Program-made: the position numbers and the translations under genes | Shown: positions 12,481 through 26,229 of the stretch, in pieces | Position numbering within the stretch: the stretch's first letter is position 1 | How the letters are laid out: every line of letters begins with the position of its first letter | The notes under the pieces: generated by a model | What the model saw: the letters and a program-made list of their open reading frames with translations, nothing else | Database searches by the model: none | Told to the model about the DNA's origin: nothing | From: Octopus bimaculoides | Lineage: Eukaryota | Assembly: GCF_001194135.2 (NCBI RefSeq) | Contig: NC_069006.1 | Coordinates: 9,437,896-9,501,895, forward strand | Direction of reading: 5' to 3' | DNA: 64,000 nt

Positions 12481-13519
12481 GTGAAAAGACACAGCAATGA
12501 TACATTTTGATAATGAGACAAAAACTCCAATGTTACTGAAAGAAGAAGACCCACCTTGTTAACAACTTGATTCTGAATTCAACCAATCAAGTCAGGACAC
12601 CCAGAGGAGGCACCAGCGCAAAGATGGCAGAATATTCAATGCAAAATGAGCTAGCAGAAAAATTAGTACACCAGGTAAAATGCTTAGTGGCATTTCATCT
12701 GTCTTTATGTTCTGAGTTCAAATTCCACCAAGGTCAACTTGTCCTTTCGTGGTTGATAAAATAAGTCCCAGTTGAGAACTAGGGGGGTTAATGTAATCGA
12801 CTTACCCCCACTCCCAAAGCTTGCTGGCATTGTGCTAAAATTCAAAACCAATATTTAATGCAATGTCAAATGGGGTGGGGCTTATAGATACACATCAGTG
12901 GTTCCCAACCCTTTTTGATTTATGGAACCCTTGGGTTCTTATTTTACTCTGTTGGACCCTCATAGCCATTCAATGTTAAAGAATTTTTAAAGTTTAAAAT
13001 CCCATTTTGTTTTTATAATCAAATATTAAGAATTGCACATAAATTTTAACAACAGAATCTTACATGGACTGCTAAGTGCCACATAGACTTTGTCTGAGCA
13101 TAACAAGATATACATGAGACTTTACGGGCACAAAAGAAACCTCCAACCTTCTTGGTAGCAGACATGGCACCAGGAATCCAACACAATTTAGATTTCTACA
13201 AATTGGTTATTTTTTGAAACAAGGCTAGCAAATTCAAGAGACAGGCTCAGTCAATTACATTGACCCCCACTGGTACCCCTTTCTACTTGGCCCCTATTTC
13301 TACTTGGTACTTATTTTATTGACCCTGACAGGATGAAAGACGAAGTTGACCACAGCAGGATTTGAACTTAGAATTTAAAGGCTAATGATTCTGGCAGCTC
13401 ATTGCCTCCCTAAAAATTGAGATGCATTTTCTGGATAGGGTCAGGTGTTTTGAGACACTTTGGTTCCCCAAAACCCATGATCAATGTGTATTACAGATGC
13501 AATTTTACAGAAAGTAATT

Positions 13520-13793
13520 TGCCTTTCATTCTGTCAGGGTCAATAAAGAGATACCAGTTGAACGCTGCATCAATAAAAGAGGTACCAGTTGAACGCTGCA
13601 TCAATAAAAGAGGTACCAGTTGAACACTGGAGCTGATAAAAGAGGTCCCAGTTGAACACAGGGATCGATGTAATTGACAAGCCCTCTGCCCAAAAATTTC
13701 CGGTTTTTGTGCTAATAATAGAAAGCAGTATTACCATCACTGGGATCAATGTAATCAATCAATTACTTAGGCCCTATGTCTTTAGTAGAAAGG

Positions 13794-13795
<2 letters not shown>
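13520..13795 (+). mobile_element. SINE family B with internal 31-bp tandem expansion
   Basis: Four units of ataaaagaggtaccagttgaacgctgcatca (13543-13665) between the B body and tail. Confidence 0.8.
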
Positions 13796-13832
<37 letters not shown>

Positions 13833-13833
<1 letters not shown>

Positions 13834-14352
13834 GGTGCGAGATCAGTACATGCCATCAAAGTGACAATGGGGTAAATATACAAAGCCCAGTATACCCATC
13901 ATGACTACCCGTCTGATAAGGGTACACCAGGTACATGCATCACAACCATATGTGTGAAACATGGTGATCTCATATCAAGATAAACAGCACATGACTTTGC
14001 AGGTGGGGCCCAGTTAGAATTTTCTTCAGGTCGAGTAGCAAATCCCGCTCAAAAGGTCCCTGAATAAGGTTTGTTTAAGGATGTTGGGCAAAACACCCAT
14101 GTTTCCAGAGGTGAATTATCGAAACCCCAAAGAACTCCTNNNNNNNNNNCACCCATGTTTCCAGAGGTGAATTATCGAAACCCCAAAGAACTCCTCTCAA
14201 CACATGGCTATGATGCTCCCCCACTACTTCTGCCCGTGATCAGAGATACACATATTGTCAGCCAGTAAGGGACATGCTCAACTGGTTGAGGTCAAACAAC
14301 TGACAAGCAAATCTGTGGTATTGAGCAGAATATTTGCTGTAGCCCATCTTTT
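13833..14352 (-). mobile_element. unclassified ~520-bp interspersed element ending in (TAA)n
   Basis: Complex block flanked by TTA microsatellites; the (TAA)n tail on the minus strand suggests a retroposon 3' end. No second copy in the window. Confidence 0.35.
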
Positions 14353-14391
14353 ATTATTATTATTATTATCATTATTATTATTATTATTCGA

Positions 14392-15085
14392 GGCAACAAG
14401 CAGGCAGCATCATCAGCATGCTGAACAAAGTGCTCAGCAGTATTTCACCCATCTTTACATTCTGACTTCGAATTNNNNNNNNNNGGGGGGGGGGATGAAA
14501 TAAGTATCTGTTCAGCGCTGGGGTCGACGTAATCGACTGCCACCACCCCTCTCCCAATATATCATGCCATGTGCCTATAACAAAACATTATTATTTAGTA
14601 TTGCTAAGGCGTTAGCATGCTGGACAAAATGCTTTGCCGTATTTCATCCGCCTTCACATTCTGAGTTCAATTTCCACCGAGGTCAACTTCGCCTTTCATG
14701 TTTTTGAGGGTCAATAAAATAAGTACCAGTGAAACACTGGGGTTAATGTAATCAATTATCCATCCTCCCCGAAAATTTCAGACCTTGTGCCAATAGTAGA
14801 AGGGATTATTATTGTTATTGTTGTTGTTCTGCCAGCTTGGTAACATTGTCAATATTATTGTGCCATCTAAGGCGGCGACCAGGCAGAATCATTAGCACGC
14901 TGGACAAAATGCTTAGCAGTATTTCACCCTTCTTTACATTCTGACATCAAATTCCACTGGGGTCAACTTTGTCTTTGATCCTTTTGGGGGGTCAATGAAA
15001 TAAGTACCTGTTCAGCGCAATCGACTGCTACCCCCACCCCTCCCCCAATATTTTATGTCATGTGCCTATGACAAAACATTATTAT
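14392..15085 (+). mobile_element. three consecutive family B SINEs
   Basis: Heads at ~14392, ~14605 and ~14870, each after an ATT-rich tract. Confidence 0.8.
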
Positions 15086-15429
15086 TGGGCACTGAATTGA
15101 CAGAATCAGAGCAATTTTCCTCACCCGGCACAAAGTCAACCCCACAATGCCCTTCAGTTGAGCGAGGGCTTCTCTTGTGAGTTACTTGGCAACCTTGAGG
15201 GAGCTGGCAACACATAAAAAGCACCCAGTCCACTTTGTAAAGTGTTAGGAAGGGCATCCAGCCATAGAAACCATGTCAGGACAGACGGTGGAGTTTGTTG
15301 CAGTCCTCAGGTTTGCTAGCCCCTGTCAAACTGTTTAATCCTTTCTGGTATAGAAAACATGTTAAACGGTGGTGATTTTGATGATCTACAAATTCTCACC
15401 ATCTTTATCTGTAGTCAGAGATATTGATA

Positions 15430-15770
15430 ATGGAGTGGCTGTGCGGTAAGAAGTTTGCCTCCCAACCACAAGGTTCCGTGTTCAGTCTCATTGTGTGGCA
15501 CATACTAAAGCCTCAAACCAATTAAAGCCTTGTGAGTCGATTTGGCAGAGAGAAACTGAAAGAAGCCTTTCATGTATGTGTCCTCTCCACCACCACTTGA
15601 CAACTGGTGTTGGTGTGCTTACATCTCTGTAACTTAGTGGTTCAGCAAGAGAAATCAATAAAATAAGTACAAATATTTCAAAAAACAAAGGTGCTGGGGG
15701 TCAATCTGTTCAAAACTTCAAGGTGGTGCCCCAGCATGGCCAGTCTAATGAATGAAACAGGATAAAAGCC
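15430..15770 (+). mobile_element. SINE family A
   Basis: ggagtggctgtgcggtaag head to ccagcatggccagtc tail. Confidence 0.8.
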
Positions 15771-16016
15771 GATGATGGCAGCCCTGGTGTCAGAAGGGAT
15801 TGTTTGGAGGTGAAGCAGTCTTTGAGAACAGAAGACATGACCAAGGACATTGGTAGTGACACGATGGTGTCGTCCAGCTCCCAAGATCCACCCTAACTAA
15901 ACACACCTACAAACGCAGGCCTTATTTTCAGGCGTGGTATGTCTAGGGCAATATTAACCTGGGTCCTTCCTAATTTAAAGAAATGAGTAAATTGTCGTTT
16001 TTGACTGCTTGTTCTA

Positions 16017-16053
<37 letters not shown>

Positions 16054-16289
16054 GAAGAGTAAGAGAGATGGCTGTAGGAGAAACATTTGAAAAAGGGAGA
16101 AGGAAGAGAGTTCTAGGAGAGCAAAGAGGAGAGAGGAGGAGGGAGATATCTCGGAGTAAGGGTGAAGAGAGAGAAACATTTGGGAAAGTAAGAGAGAGAG
16201 AAGTGGGAGAGTAAGGTGTGATGGTTGGCGAGGTTAGGTAGCACAATTGAGATAATAGCAAGGGCAGTGGTGGTAGGAAGAGGAGAGAG

Positions 16290-16323
<34 letters not shown>

Positions 16324-17808
16324 GCGATGACAACAGCAATCTTTCCCTTAACTACGACACAGAGAATGGAAGGGGAAGAGGATTGGATAAAAAACGGCAG
16401 ACAGCGTGACAGTGAAAAGTCAGAGGGAAGATAACAGTGGTAAGCATCTCTCACACACACACACACACAGAACCATGCACATTCATGTGTGGGTGGGTGT
16501 GATCCACAGACGGTACTTATATCAACAAAAAAACATTTGATAGAGATAAAAAGCAGAAATATGTCATTTGCATCTATGTATGTGTACGTATGTATCACGT
16601 AACACTAAAGAGTGCACAAACACACAAAGGCAGCTAGAGAAACAACAAACAAGCACACTCACTCACACAGAGAAAGAGACGAACACCGTACACAAAAAAA
16701 ACACACCCACACATATGCACTCACACACACCCCACGCACACACATACAGATCAATGGCGTGTGTGTAGTGGGTGAGAATAAACAACTGACACAATTGATT
16801 TTGTTGCAAGGTCGGAGGAATGTTTTAATAAACAGTAAACAATCCTAACTCCCTCTCACCTCCACCTATCATTCACTCACTCTACCCCTCTCTCAGTTAC
16901 CATTCACACAAACACACACAGAGGCAGAGGTAAATGTACAGATACGCACATACATAAAAGCATACATACACGACAACACATCCGAAGCACATTCAGGAGC
17001 ATTCATACACACACACACGCATACAGAGGCAAACACACGCACGCACAAACCCCCACACATGCGCGCAGGCATGCACGTATACACTGTCATCACTCGTTCA
17101 TTCTGATTTTATAACAACACGCTGCCATCTTGCTTCTACTCTATTCTTCCTTTTACCATTTTCTCGATGCCAAACACGCTTTCACTCTCTCTCTCTCATT
17201 CCTACTTCCAAACAAACGAGACCCCCCCTCTCTCTCTCCCCCGCTTCTGTACGAGCCTCTATGTACATCGTGAGACCTGCTAGCAATAACATTCTAACCA
17301 CCCTCAAATTGCACCAATAAATAATGGAGTCCTAGATATACCGTGCCTCTATATAAACATTGTCTTTTACTCTTCGGAATTATACAGGAAGTGTGTTTGC
17401 TCTCTCTCATATTATAGGGGATGGAGATATATATCTTCATCACGCTTGATCTGTAAGAAACATCAACCAAAAAGAAAACCAAAAGACGGAATGGCCATAA
17501 CTGGAACGCCTTTGACTATGGCCTTGCTAAATCAAAACTGACCTGGGTCTTCGTCTATTTACACACACACACACACACACGTTCACCTATGGACACTGAA
17601 AAATGTGTGCATCTGTGCTTATCTACACATGGGTGTACTGCTGATAGACAGACAGACAGATAAAACTTCATTAATCGGCAGAAAAAGTTACAAAAGTGAC
17701 TCATGAACTTGAAAGTTTGTGCATGACACTTTTTACAAGTAAGACTCTAGTCACTTTCGTAACTTTTCTTGAGATTAATGTGTATTTTCTTTATGTCAGC
17801 TTTTGTTG

Positions 17809-19085
17809 ACATAGTGAAACCCTTCGACAGGGTCCCCCCAACCACCCCGCTCCCTTATCTGGTTGGTGTTCAATGTGGAAACTAGGAATAGATGAGTGGT
17901 TGAGAGCTGTACAAGACATGTACAGGGATGCTGTCAGGATCGGCAACGAGTATAGCAATGGATTCAGTGTACAAGTAGGGGTTCACCAAGGATCAGTCCT
18001 CAGCCCATTCTTATTCATCATAGTCCTCCAGGCAATAACAGAGAAATTTAAGTTGGGCTGCCCCTAGGAGCTCCCCTATGCTGATGATCATGTTCTTATA
18101 GCCGAATCACTACCAGAACTAGAGATGAAATTTCAGACATGGAAAAGGACAAATCCCTTCAGATAGATGGCCCTGCTCGATATGCAGAAAATGCATAGGT
18201 AGTAACTCCATAAGATATACCTGGTACAAGCTATAGACACATAAGAGGTGCAGCAATATCAGAGGAAAGTTAACAAAGAAAATAATCTTGGTGTGTGGAA
18301 GGTGCACAGGCACAATAAACAGTAAAAATGTACAGAAAATAAACTCCATCAAATGCCAGTGGGAAAGTTAGATGTAGTTGATAACTTTTGTTATCTAGGT
18401 AACCAAGTCAGCAGCAGAGTCGGATGCTCCAAGAGCTACTAAAATAGGAATAGGCTGGGCCAAGTTCAGAGAGCTCCTACCGCTGTTGGCAACAAAGGGC
18501 CTTTCCCTCAAAGTGGAAGGCAGATTATATGATGACTATGTGCAAACAGCCACACAGTAGTGAAACATGAGCTGTGACTGCTGAGGACATGCATAGGCTT
18601 GAAAGAAATGAAGCTAGAATGCTTCACTAGATGTGCAATGTCAGTGTGCATGTGTGACAGAGTTTAAGTATCTAGAGAGAAAAGTCGGGCATGAGAGGAA
18701 TGACATGTGGTGTGCAAGAGAGACAACAGTGCTGTTAGGGTCATGTGATGCATATGGACAAAGACAGTTGTGTAAAGAAGTGCCGATCTCTAACAGTGGC
18801 AGGAACCTAGAGAAGAGAAGTAGACCCAGGAAAACATGGGATGAGGTGGTGAAGCATGATCCTTGAACATTGGGCCTCACCGAGTCAATGACAAGCGACC
18901 AAAACCTTTGGTGGTATGCCATGTTTGAGAAAATTCATCAAGCCAAGTGAAAATGCTGGTGTCATGTAACTGGCACCCATGCCGGTACCACATAAATGCA
19001 CCCATTACACTCTCAGATTGGAACTTGGTGCGGCTCTCTGACTTACTGTTAGCATGGAAAGCAGATGCTAACTGATGATGATGGC
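17809..19085 (+). mobile_element. 5'-truncated, decayed RTE-clade LINE (RT domain, C-terminus, 3' UTR)
   Basis: Frameshifted RT motifs: KPFDRVP, GVHQGSVLSPFLF, ELPYADD, FCYLG, RPRKTWDEVVKHD, LGLTESMTSDQNLW...QAK*. The 3' UTR ends in (TGA)n. Confidence 0.9.
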
Positions 19086-19462
19086 CACAGTCAAATGAAT
19101 CAATCCCAATATTTTTTTTTCTTTTAAAGCCTGGTGCTTGTTCTATCGACCGAACAGCTAAGTTATCAGAACATAAACACACCAACACCAGCTGTCAAGT
19201 AGAAATGAGGGGACACGGACAGACACACACACACACAGACAATGGGCTTCTTTCAGTATCCCTCTACCAAATCCACTAACAAGGCTTTGGTCAGCCTGAA
19301 GCTTTATTGTAAGACACTTGCCCAAGTTGCCACACAGTGGGACTGAACCCCAGAACTATGTGGTTGATAAGGAAGCTTCTTACCACACTGCCATGCTTGT
19401 GCCTATGGTTTTTTTCAAGTCACATGTCTCGAAACCAATTACTGGCATAAGTTGATGTATGC

Positions 19463-19504
<42 letters not shown>

Positions 19505-19689
19505 TTGTAGGTATGGGTAAGATTTCTCCTTCCCTGAGTGACCTACCCTACACATACACAAATATATACATACAAAGGACCAAGACACTTGGCGCCTTGT
19601 ACTCAAGAAGGCCCATACTCCACAGCAGAAGTGATAAGGCCAATACCCCCGACGAAGAGAATCGGTCTGCAAGAGTCCTGTGCCGCTGC

Positions 19690-19880
19690 CATGTAAAAGT
19701 GCTCATACAGTACCACATTAAAAGCATCCAGCACATACTGTAAAGTGATTGGCATTAGGAAGGGCATCCAGCCGTAGAAACCATGCCAAATCAGACTGGA
19801 ACCTGGTGCAGCTCTCCAGCTCTGGTCAAACCGTCCAACCCATGTCAGCATGGACAACGGACGTCAAATGGTGATGATAT
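19690..19880 (+). mobile_element. RTE 3'-UTR fragment (family D)
   Basis: ggcattaggaagggcatccagccgtagaaac...catgtcagcatgga...gatgat. Similar copies at ~6395-6575, ~7600-7700, ~15150-15380, ~26250-26580 (-), ~26705-27010 (-), ~38600-39025, ~50620-50870. Confidence 0.75.
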
Positions 19881-19913
19881 ACACACATTCACGCGTGGGT
19901 GTGTGTGTGTAGG

Positions 19914-20123
19914 TTTCTTATTTCTTCACTGCCCACAAGGGGCTACGCACAGAGGGGACAAACAAGGACAGACAAATGGATTAAGTCGATTATATCGACC
20001 CCAGTGAGCAAAGCATGAAAGGCAAAGTCGACTTCGGCGGAATTTGAACTCAAAACGTAGCAGCAGACGAAATACCGCTAAGCATTTCAACCGGCGTGCT
20101 AACGTTTCTGCCAGCTCGCCGCC
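19914..20123 (-). mobile_element. SINE family B, CpG-intact copy
   Basis: ggcggcgagctggcagaaacgttagcacgccgg head on the minus strand, complete tail. Confidence 0.88.
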
Positions 20124-20805
20124 TCTGTGTGTAGGTTCCTGTAAGCAATTGACCCCTACCTGAATAACCCACCCCTTGCACACACACGCACGTGTGTGCG
20201 CACACGCGTTTGTAGGTATGTGTAAGTGGTAACCTACACGCTACCTGAACATAAACTAACAAGCCATCTTCCTCTCACTCTCACTCACACAAAGTCCCTT
20301 TCTTGTTCCGTATCTGTGAAATGATACTCCCTTTTCCTCAGCCGTTTTCCCACTTCGACGACCGACTCCTCACCAAACACGTGTCTCTCCAACCCCTATC
20401 AAGCAATCAATCGCCATCATTCCTTTCATCTGAGGACATGTACAGACTTAACTCGGTAATTAACAGCCAATCCATGCTTTAAATAATCTTGGCTGCTACA
20501 CGGAATAGAGTTAGTCGCAGGAAAGAATTCCAAAAATTAGATAAAATTTAAATTCTTCTCTTTTATGTGAATGAATATTCGAGTCTGCACTTGAAAACAC
20601 ACCTCGTTCGCCTGTCTTCCACACCCACGCTATTATATGGTGATTAAAGGAAAGAAATGTACCCTGCAGTAGAATCTATACGCATGTGTGATTATTATAT
20701 AGAAGTGTNNNNNNNNNNNNNNNNNNNNNNNNNNNNNNNNNNNNNNNNNNNNNNNNNNNNNNNNNNNNNNNNNNNNNNNNNNNNNNNNNNNNNNNNNNNN
20801 NNNNN

Positions 20806-20850
<45 letters not shown>

Positions 20851-22100
20851 ATGTATGTATGTATGCGCATGTATATATATTTATATAGTGTATCTGTACA
20901 TATTTGTGTATATATATGTATGTATATACACGTGTGTATGCATATATATATATATATATTATATATATATATATATATACGTCACTATATGTATAATATA
21001 CATCCACATTTCCCCTCTCTCCCCACGTCTCCTTTGTACACTCCTATATTCTTTCTCTCTTTTCTATTCTTCAACTCCTACACTGTCCACCCCCACCCTC
21101 CTATAGAAACTTCCACCTACCTACAAGATTAACCTACTAGAAATAGCAGTAATATCAACCTCAATCTACGCCGTATTGTCTTAAAAGTAATCCTTTCCAT
21201 TAAAGGTACAAGGGATGAAATGTTAGGGGACGGGCTAAGTCGATTACATCGACCCCCACCCCAGTGCTTCACTGGTAAGGTCGACCTCGGCGGAATTTGA
21301 ACTCAGAACGTAAGGACGGACGAAATACCGCTAGGCATTTCAGCCCGGCGTGCTAACGATTCTGCCAGCTATGATGCAGTCCTAAAATATACTAAGTTTG
21401 TGGGGAAAGACGAGATGGTCACAACTGGAACGCGTTTCGTAAAGACGATGACCGAAGTCCCCCNNNNNNNNNNNNNNNNNNNNNNNNNNNNNNNNNNNNN
21501 NNNNNNNNNNNNNNNNNNNNNNNNNNNNNNNNNNNNNNNNNNNNNNNNNNNNNNNNNNNNNNNNNNNNNNNNNNNNNNNNNNNNNNNNNNNNNNNNNNNN
21601 NNNNNNNNNNNNNNNNNNNNNNNNNNNNNNNNNNNNNNNNNNNNNNNNNNNNNNNNNNNNNNNNNNNNNNNNNNNNNNNNNNNNNNNNNNNNNNNNNNNN
21701 NNNNNNNNNNNNNNNNNNNNNNNNNNNNNNNNNNNNNNNNNNNNNNNNNNNNNNNNNNNNNNNNNNNNNNNNNNNNNNNNNNNNNNNNNNNNNNNNNNNN
21801 NNNNNNNNNNNNNCAGTCTGTTAAAGTCTGTCATACCGGCCATGATGAAATACCACAAGGTATAGAAAATACGTATTCGCCTTTATATATTTAATCCTTT
21901 ATATTGAACACTCAATATTTCATCTATTCAATAAGACATATTCCATATATTCAATAAGACATTCAATACTTCATTTCATTGTACCATCCATTTTTATTTT
22001 ATATTATATATTGTATATTCCATATTCTATATCCCACATTGGTTTTGCAGGAATATAAATAAAACATAAAAAAACAGAGTGTTGGAACTCTTTTAAACAA

Positions 22101-22143
<43 letters not shown>

Positions 22144-23824
22144 CATAACAGATGTACACACACGTAAACGAATATACACAAACATGTATAAATACACACG
22201 ATTATACACATTCACACACATGCGTGCGCACACACACAAACGCTACAACCACACGTGGAAGAGAGGTGCATAACAACTATGCCTCGCAAACTTGCTTTTC
22301 AACCTCCGAACAGTGTGGGTGTGCACGCGCGCGAGTGCATGCACGAATGTGTGTGTGTGAGTGTTCAGTGAAAAACCAACAAGCCAGGCGGCCTCACAGC
22401 AGACAAACACTACTTTTTAACCCCACATTCCACACAAAACACCAACTCCTCGCTCGCCTCCTTCTTCCTCCTACCCAAACCTTAACATACCACAACGTTT
22501 TATTCATCACACACACAACCAACATCCGACCAACTTTCATTCACACACATCCATGATACTATCATTATAGCTACTACTACTACTACCACCACCACCCCCA
22601 CACACATAAAACACGACACTATTTCGTTTCATTCACTACACATCACACTACAAGGGCGGCATAATAGAAAATGCTCTCTGTCTTGCTATATCTCTCATCT
22701 ATTTATAACACACACACACACAAACTAACATTGTAGAGGTGTGTCTGGGCCACTGTACACGTGGGGCTATTTCAGCCTGCACACGCGTTGTATATAATAA
22801 TAATTTCATTTATTTGCCACAAGGACGAAGAATGGGGGGGGGNNNNNNNNNNNNNNNNNNNNNNNNNNNNNNNNNNNNNNNNNNNNNNNNNNNNNNNNNN
22901 NNNNNNNNNNNNNNNNNNNNNNNNNNNNNNNNNNNNNNNNNNNNNNNNNNNNNNNNNNNNNNNNNNNNNNNNNNNNNNNNNNNNNNNNNNNNNNNNNNNN
23001 NNNNNNNNNNNNNNNNNNNNNNNNNNNNNNNNNNNNNNNNNNNNNNNNNNNNNNNNNNNNNNNNNNNNNNNNNNNNNNNNNNNNNNNNNNNNNNNNNNNN
23101 NNNNNNNNNNNNNNNNNNNNNNNNNNNNNNNNNNNNNNNNNNNNNNNNNNNNNNNNNNNNNNNNNNNNNNNNNNNNNNNNNNNNNGGGGGGGGGGGACAA
23201 TATAAAGACAGAGTGTTGAGGTTTACATATAATCCTTTCCATTGAAGGCACAAGGCCTTGAAATTTTGGGGGAGGGGACTAGTCGATTACATCGATCCCG
23301 AAGGGATGAAAGGCAAAAAAACGACCTTGGCGGAATTTAAACCCAGCGTGCTAACGATTCTGCCAGCTCGCCACGATGGAGGTTTAAATTTAATTGAATG
23401 ATAAAAAAAAAACTCTACACGGCATACACTGAAAAATGAACATATACACAGCATGCAAAGGTTTAAGAAAAAAAACGTAGCGAGCAAGATGATAGAGATG
23501 TGGCCCTCCTGATACAGGAAGGCCTCTAGGGATAATTGAGGAACCCCACTGTCAGAGATTTCCCTAAAATCTCCAAGAGAAAGTGCCTTCACCAATTAAT
23601 TCCTACACTGAGAGAGGTACCATCCACTCTTGCCATTTTCGCAACAGCAGCAATATCCTACATTATTTCGGTATAACTTGGTGCCACCCCAAAAGACTGG
23701 CTCACCAGTCAGCATTATTAGATGGTGGGTGGCACAATGGGAGAGGAGCTTTATTGGTATATTCGAAACGTTAACATAAACAAATTTAAAAGATACACAC
23801 ACATACATCTTTTTTTTCTTTTCC

Positions 23825-24195
23825 TCTTTCTTTTAGTTATTTGACTGCGGCCATGCTGAAGCACCACCTTTAGTCGAGCAAATCGACCCCAGGACTTTCT
23901 CTGTAAACCTAGTACTTATTCTATCCGTCTTTTTTACCGAACCGCTAAGTTACGGGGACATAACGACACCAACATCGGTTGTCAAACGAGGTTTGGGAGC
24001 GGATAACACATACAAAAAACATACACACACACACATATATATATATATACGACGAGCTTCTTTCAGTTTCCGTCTACCAAATCCACTCACAAGGCTTTGG
24101 TTTGCCCGAGGCTATAGTAGAAGACACTCGCCCAAGGTGCCACGCAGTGGGACTGAACCCCGAACCAGGTGGTTTGTAAGCAAGCTACTTACCAC
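23825..24195 (-). mobile_element. SINE family A, near full length
   Basis: Tail gactgcggccatgctg at ~23843; head aagtagcttg..ggttcggggttcagtcc at ~24150-24190. Confidence 0.85.
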
Positions 24196-24888
24196 ACACA
24201 CACACACACGTCGTGACTTAGCTGAGGCCGATGAGTGACCAAAGGTAAAACTCAGGAGTAACAAAAGACTAGCTATACCAAAATAATATATATATACATA
24301 TANNNNNNNNNNNNNNNNNNNNNNNNNNNNNNNNNNNNNNNNNNNNNNNNNNNNNNNNNNNNNNNNNNNNNNNNNNNNNNNNNNNNNNNNNNNNNNNNNN
24401 NNNNNNNNNNNNNNNNNNNNNNNNNNNNNNNNNNNNNNNNNNNNNNNNNNNNNNNNNNNNNNNNNNNNNNNNNNNNNNNNNNNNNNNNNNNNNNNNNNNN
24501 NNNNNNNNNNNNNNNNNNNNNNNNNNNNNNNNNNNNNNNNNNNNNNNNNNNNNNNNNNNNNNNNNNNNNNNNNNNNNNNNNNNNNNNNNNNNNNNNNNNN
24601 NNNNNNNNNNNNNNNNNNNNNNNNNNNNNNNNNNNNNNNNNNNNNNNNNNNNNNNNNNNNNNNNNNNNNNNNNNNNNNNNNNNNNNNNNNNNNNNNNNNN
24701 NNNNNNNNNNNNNNNNNNNNNNNNNNNNNNNNNNNNNNAAATATGATATAAATAAAATAAGGATAAAGAAGAACAAAAACTGGAAAAGGGACGGTTGAGA
24801 ATTTCAAAAATATAAAAACGAGGGAAGGGAACTGCCCGTTTTTAAAATATTAAACCTGTATCAACAGAAATTTGAAACTGGGTTGCAT

Positions 24889-25190
24889 AGTGGTAGTGGT
24901 GGTGGTGGTGGTAAGAGTAGTGGTGGTGGTAGTGGTAGTAGTAGCAGTAGTGTGGTGATAGTTGCAGCGTGGTAGTGGTTGTAGTAGTGGTGGTGGTAGT
25001 AGTAGTAAGAGTAGTGGTGGTGATAGTGGTAGTGGTGGTGGTGGTAGTGGTTGTAGTGGTCGTGGTGGTAAGAGTAGTGGTGGTGGTAGTAGTAGTGATA
25101 GTAGTAGTGGTAGTAGTAGCAATAGTGTGGTGATAGTTGTAGCGTGGTAGTGGTTGTAGTAGTAGTAGTAGGGGTAATAGCGGTGGCAGG
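24889..25190. repeat. (GGT/AGT)n compound trinucleotide tract
   Basis: Directly visible. Confidence 0.9.
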
Positions 25191-25882
25191 AGTGTTCATT
25201 GTGGTCTTTCAATTCACTGAATTTGTGTGTGTGCAGGTGCACTCAACTTGGTGGACAAAACAGCTGACACCCTGACATAATGCCTTGATGAGGACAAAAG
25301 GAGGGGTTGCGGTGCAAGTTGGGGGTGACGTAGGATAAGGAAGAGATCATTCACCTTTGATCATTCACCGACCCAACTGATCAACATTGACCTGTAGTCA
25401 GTCAACAAACAACAACCACCAATCAATAACCAATCAATAATACACGTGTCTCAGTATGCATGTGTATCGTGGCTGTGTGGTAAGAAGCTTGCTTCCCAAT
25501 CACATGGCCAAGTGTCTTCTACTATGACCACAAGTCGACCAAAGCCTCGTAAGTGGATTTGGCAGACAGAAACTGAAAGAAGCCCAGTGTGTGTTTGTGT
25601 GTGATTTCTGCATGTGTGCGTGTGTATTTGTGTGTGTGTGTGTGTGTGTGCGTGTGTTCTCCACAACCAATCAGACCAAGGGCTGTGTGTTGTGTTCTTG
25701 AGCAAGACACTTTATCTCACTGTTGCTCCAGTTCACTCATCTGTAGAAATGAGTTGCCACATCACTGGTGCCAAGTTGTATCGGCCCCTTTGCCTTTCCC
25801 TTGGATAGCATCAGTGGTGTGGAGAGGGGAGGCTGGTGTGGATGGGCGACTGCTGGGGTTCCATAAACAATGTTGTTAACAT

Positions 25883-26229
25883 CTAGCTACCTAACTCTCC
25901 AGATTGCAACCCCCTTGATTATTATGTGTGGGGGGGCAGTTGAACAAGAGACCATCAAAACTCCTTGTAACACCAAAGATGAACTGAGGGCAAGAATTAT
26001 GGCAGCATTCACCAGCTTCAACAAGGAGACCACCCAGAAGAGTTGCAGGATATTCTGAAGTCGTCTGAAGGCCCTGGTTGACACCAATGGCGATTTTATA
26101 GAATAAATTTACTCTTTAGTATTTCAAGATATTTTTATGTAATTTTGGTAAATATATCTGTTAAAATGAGATTTCAGTGTTACTTTCATTTTGGCGTACC
26201 TTAGATGACAGTTTATACACCACACCCTG
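25883..26229 (+). mobile_element. Tc1/mariner transposase 3' fragment with right TIR
   Basis: PNSPDCNPLDYYVWGAVEQET...KDELRARIMAAF...DFIE*; ends CACACCCTG followed by TA. Confidence 0.8.

Noticed and set aside
24850-25242. His-, Pro- and Gly/Ser-rich ORFs
   Set aside because: Trinucleotide tract; no splice or homology support.
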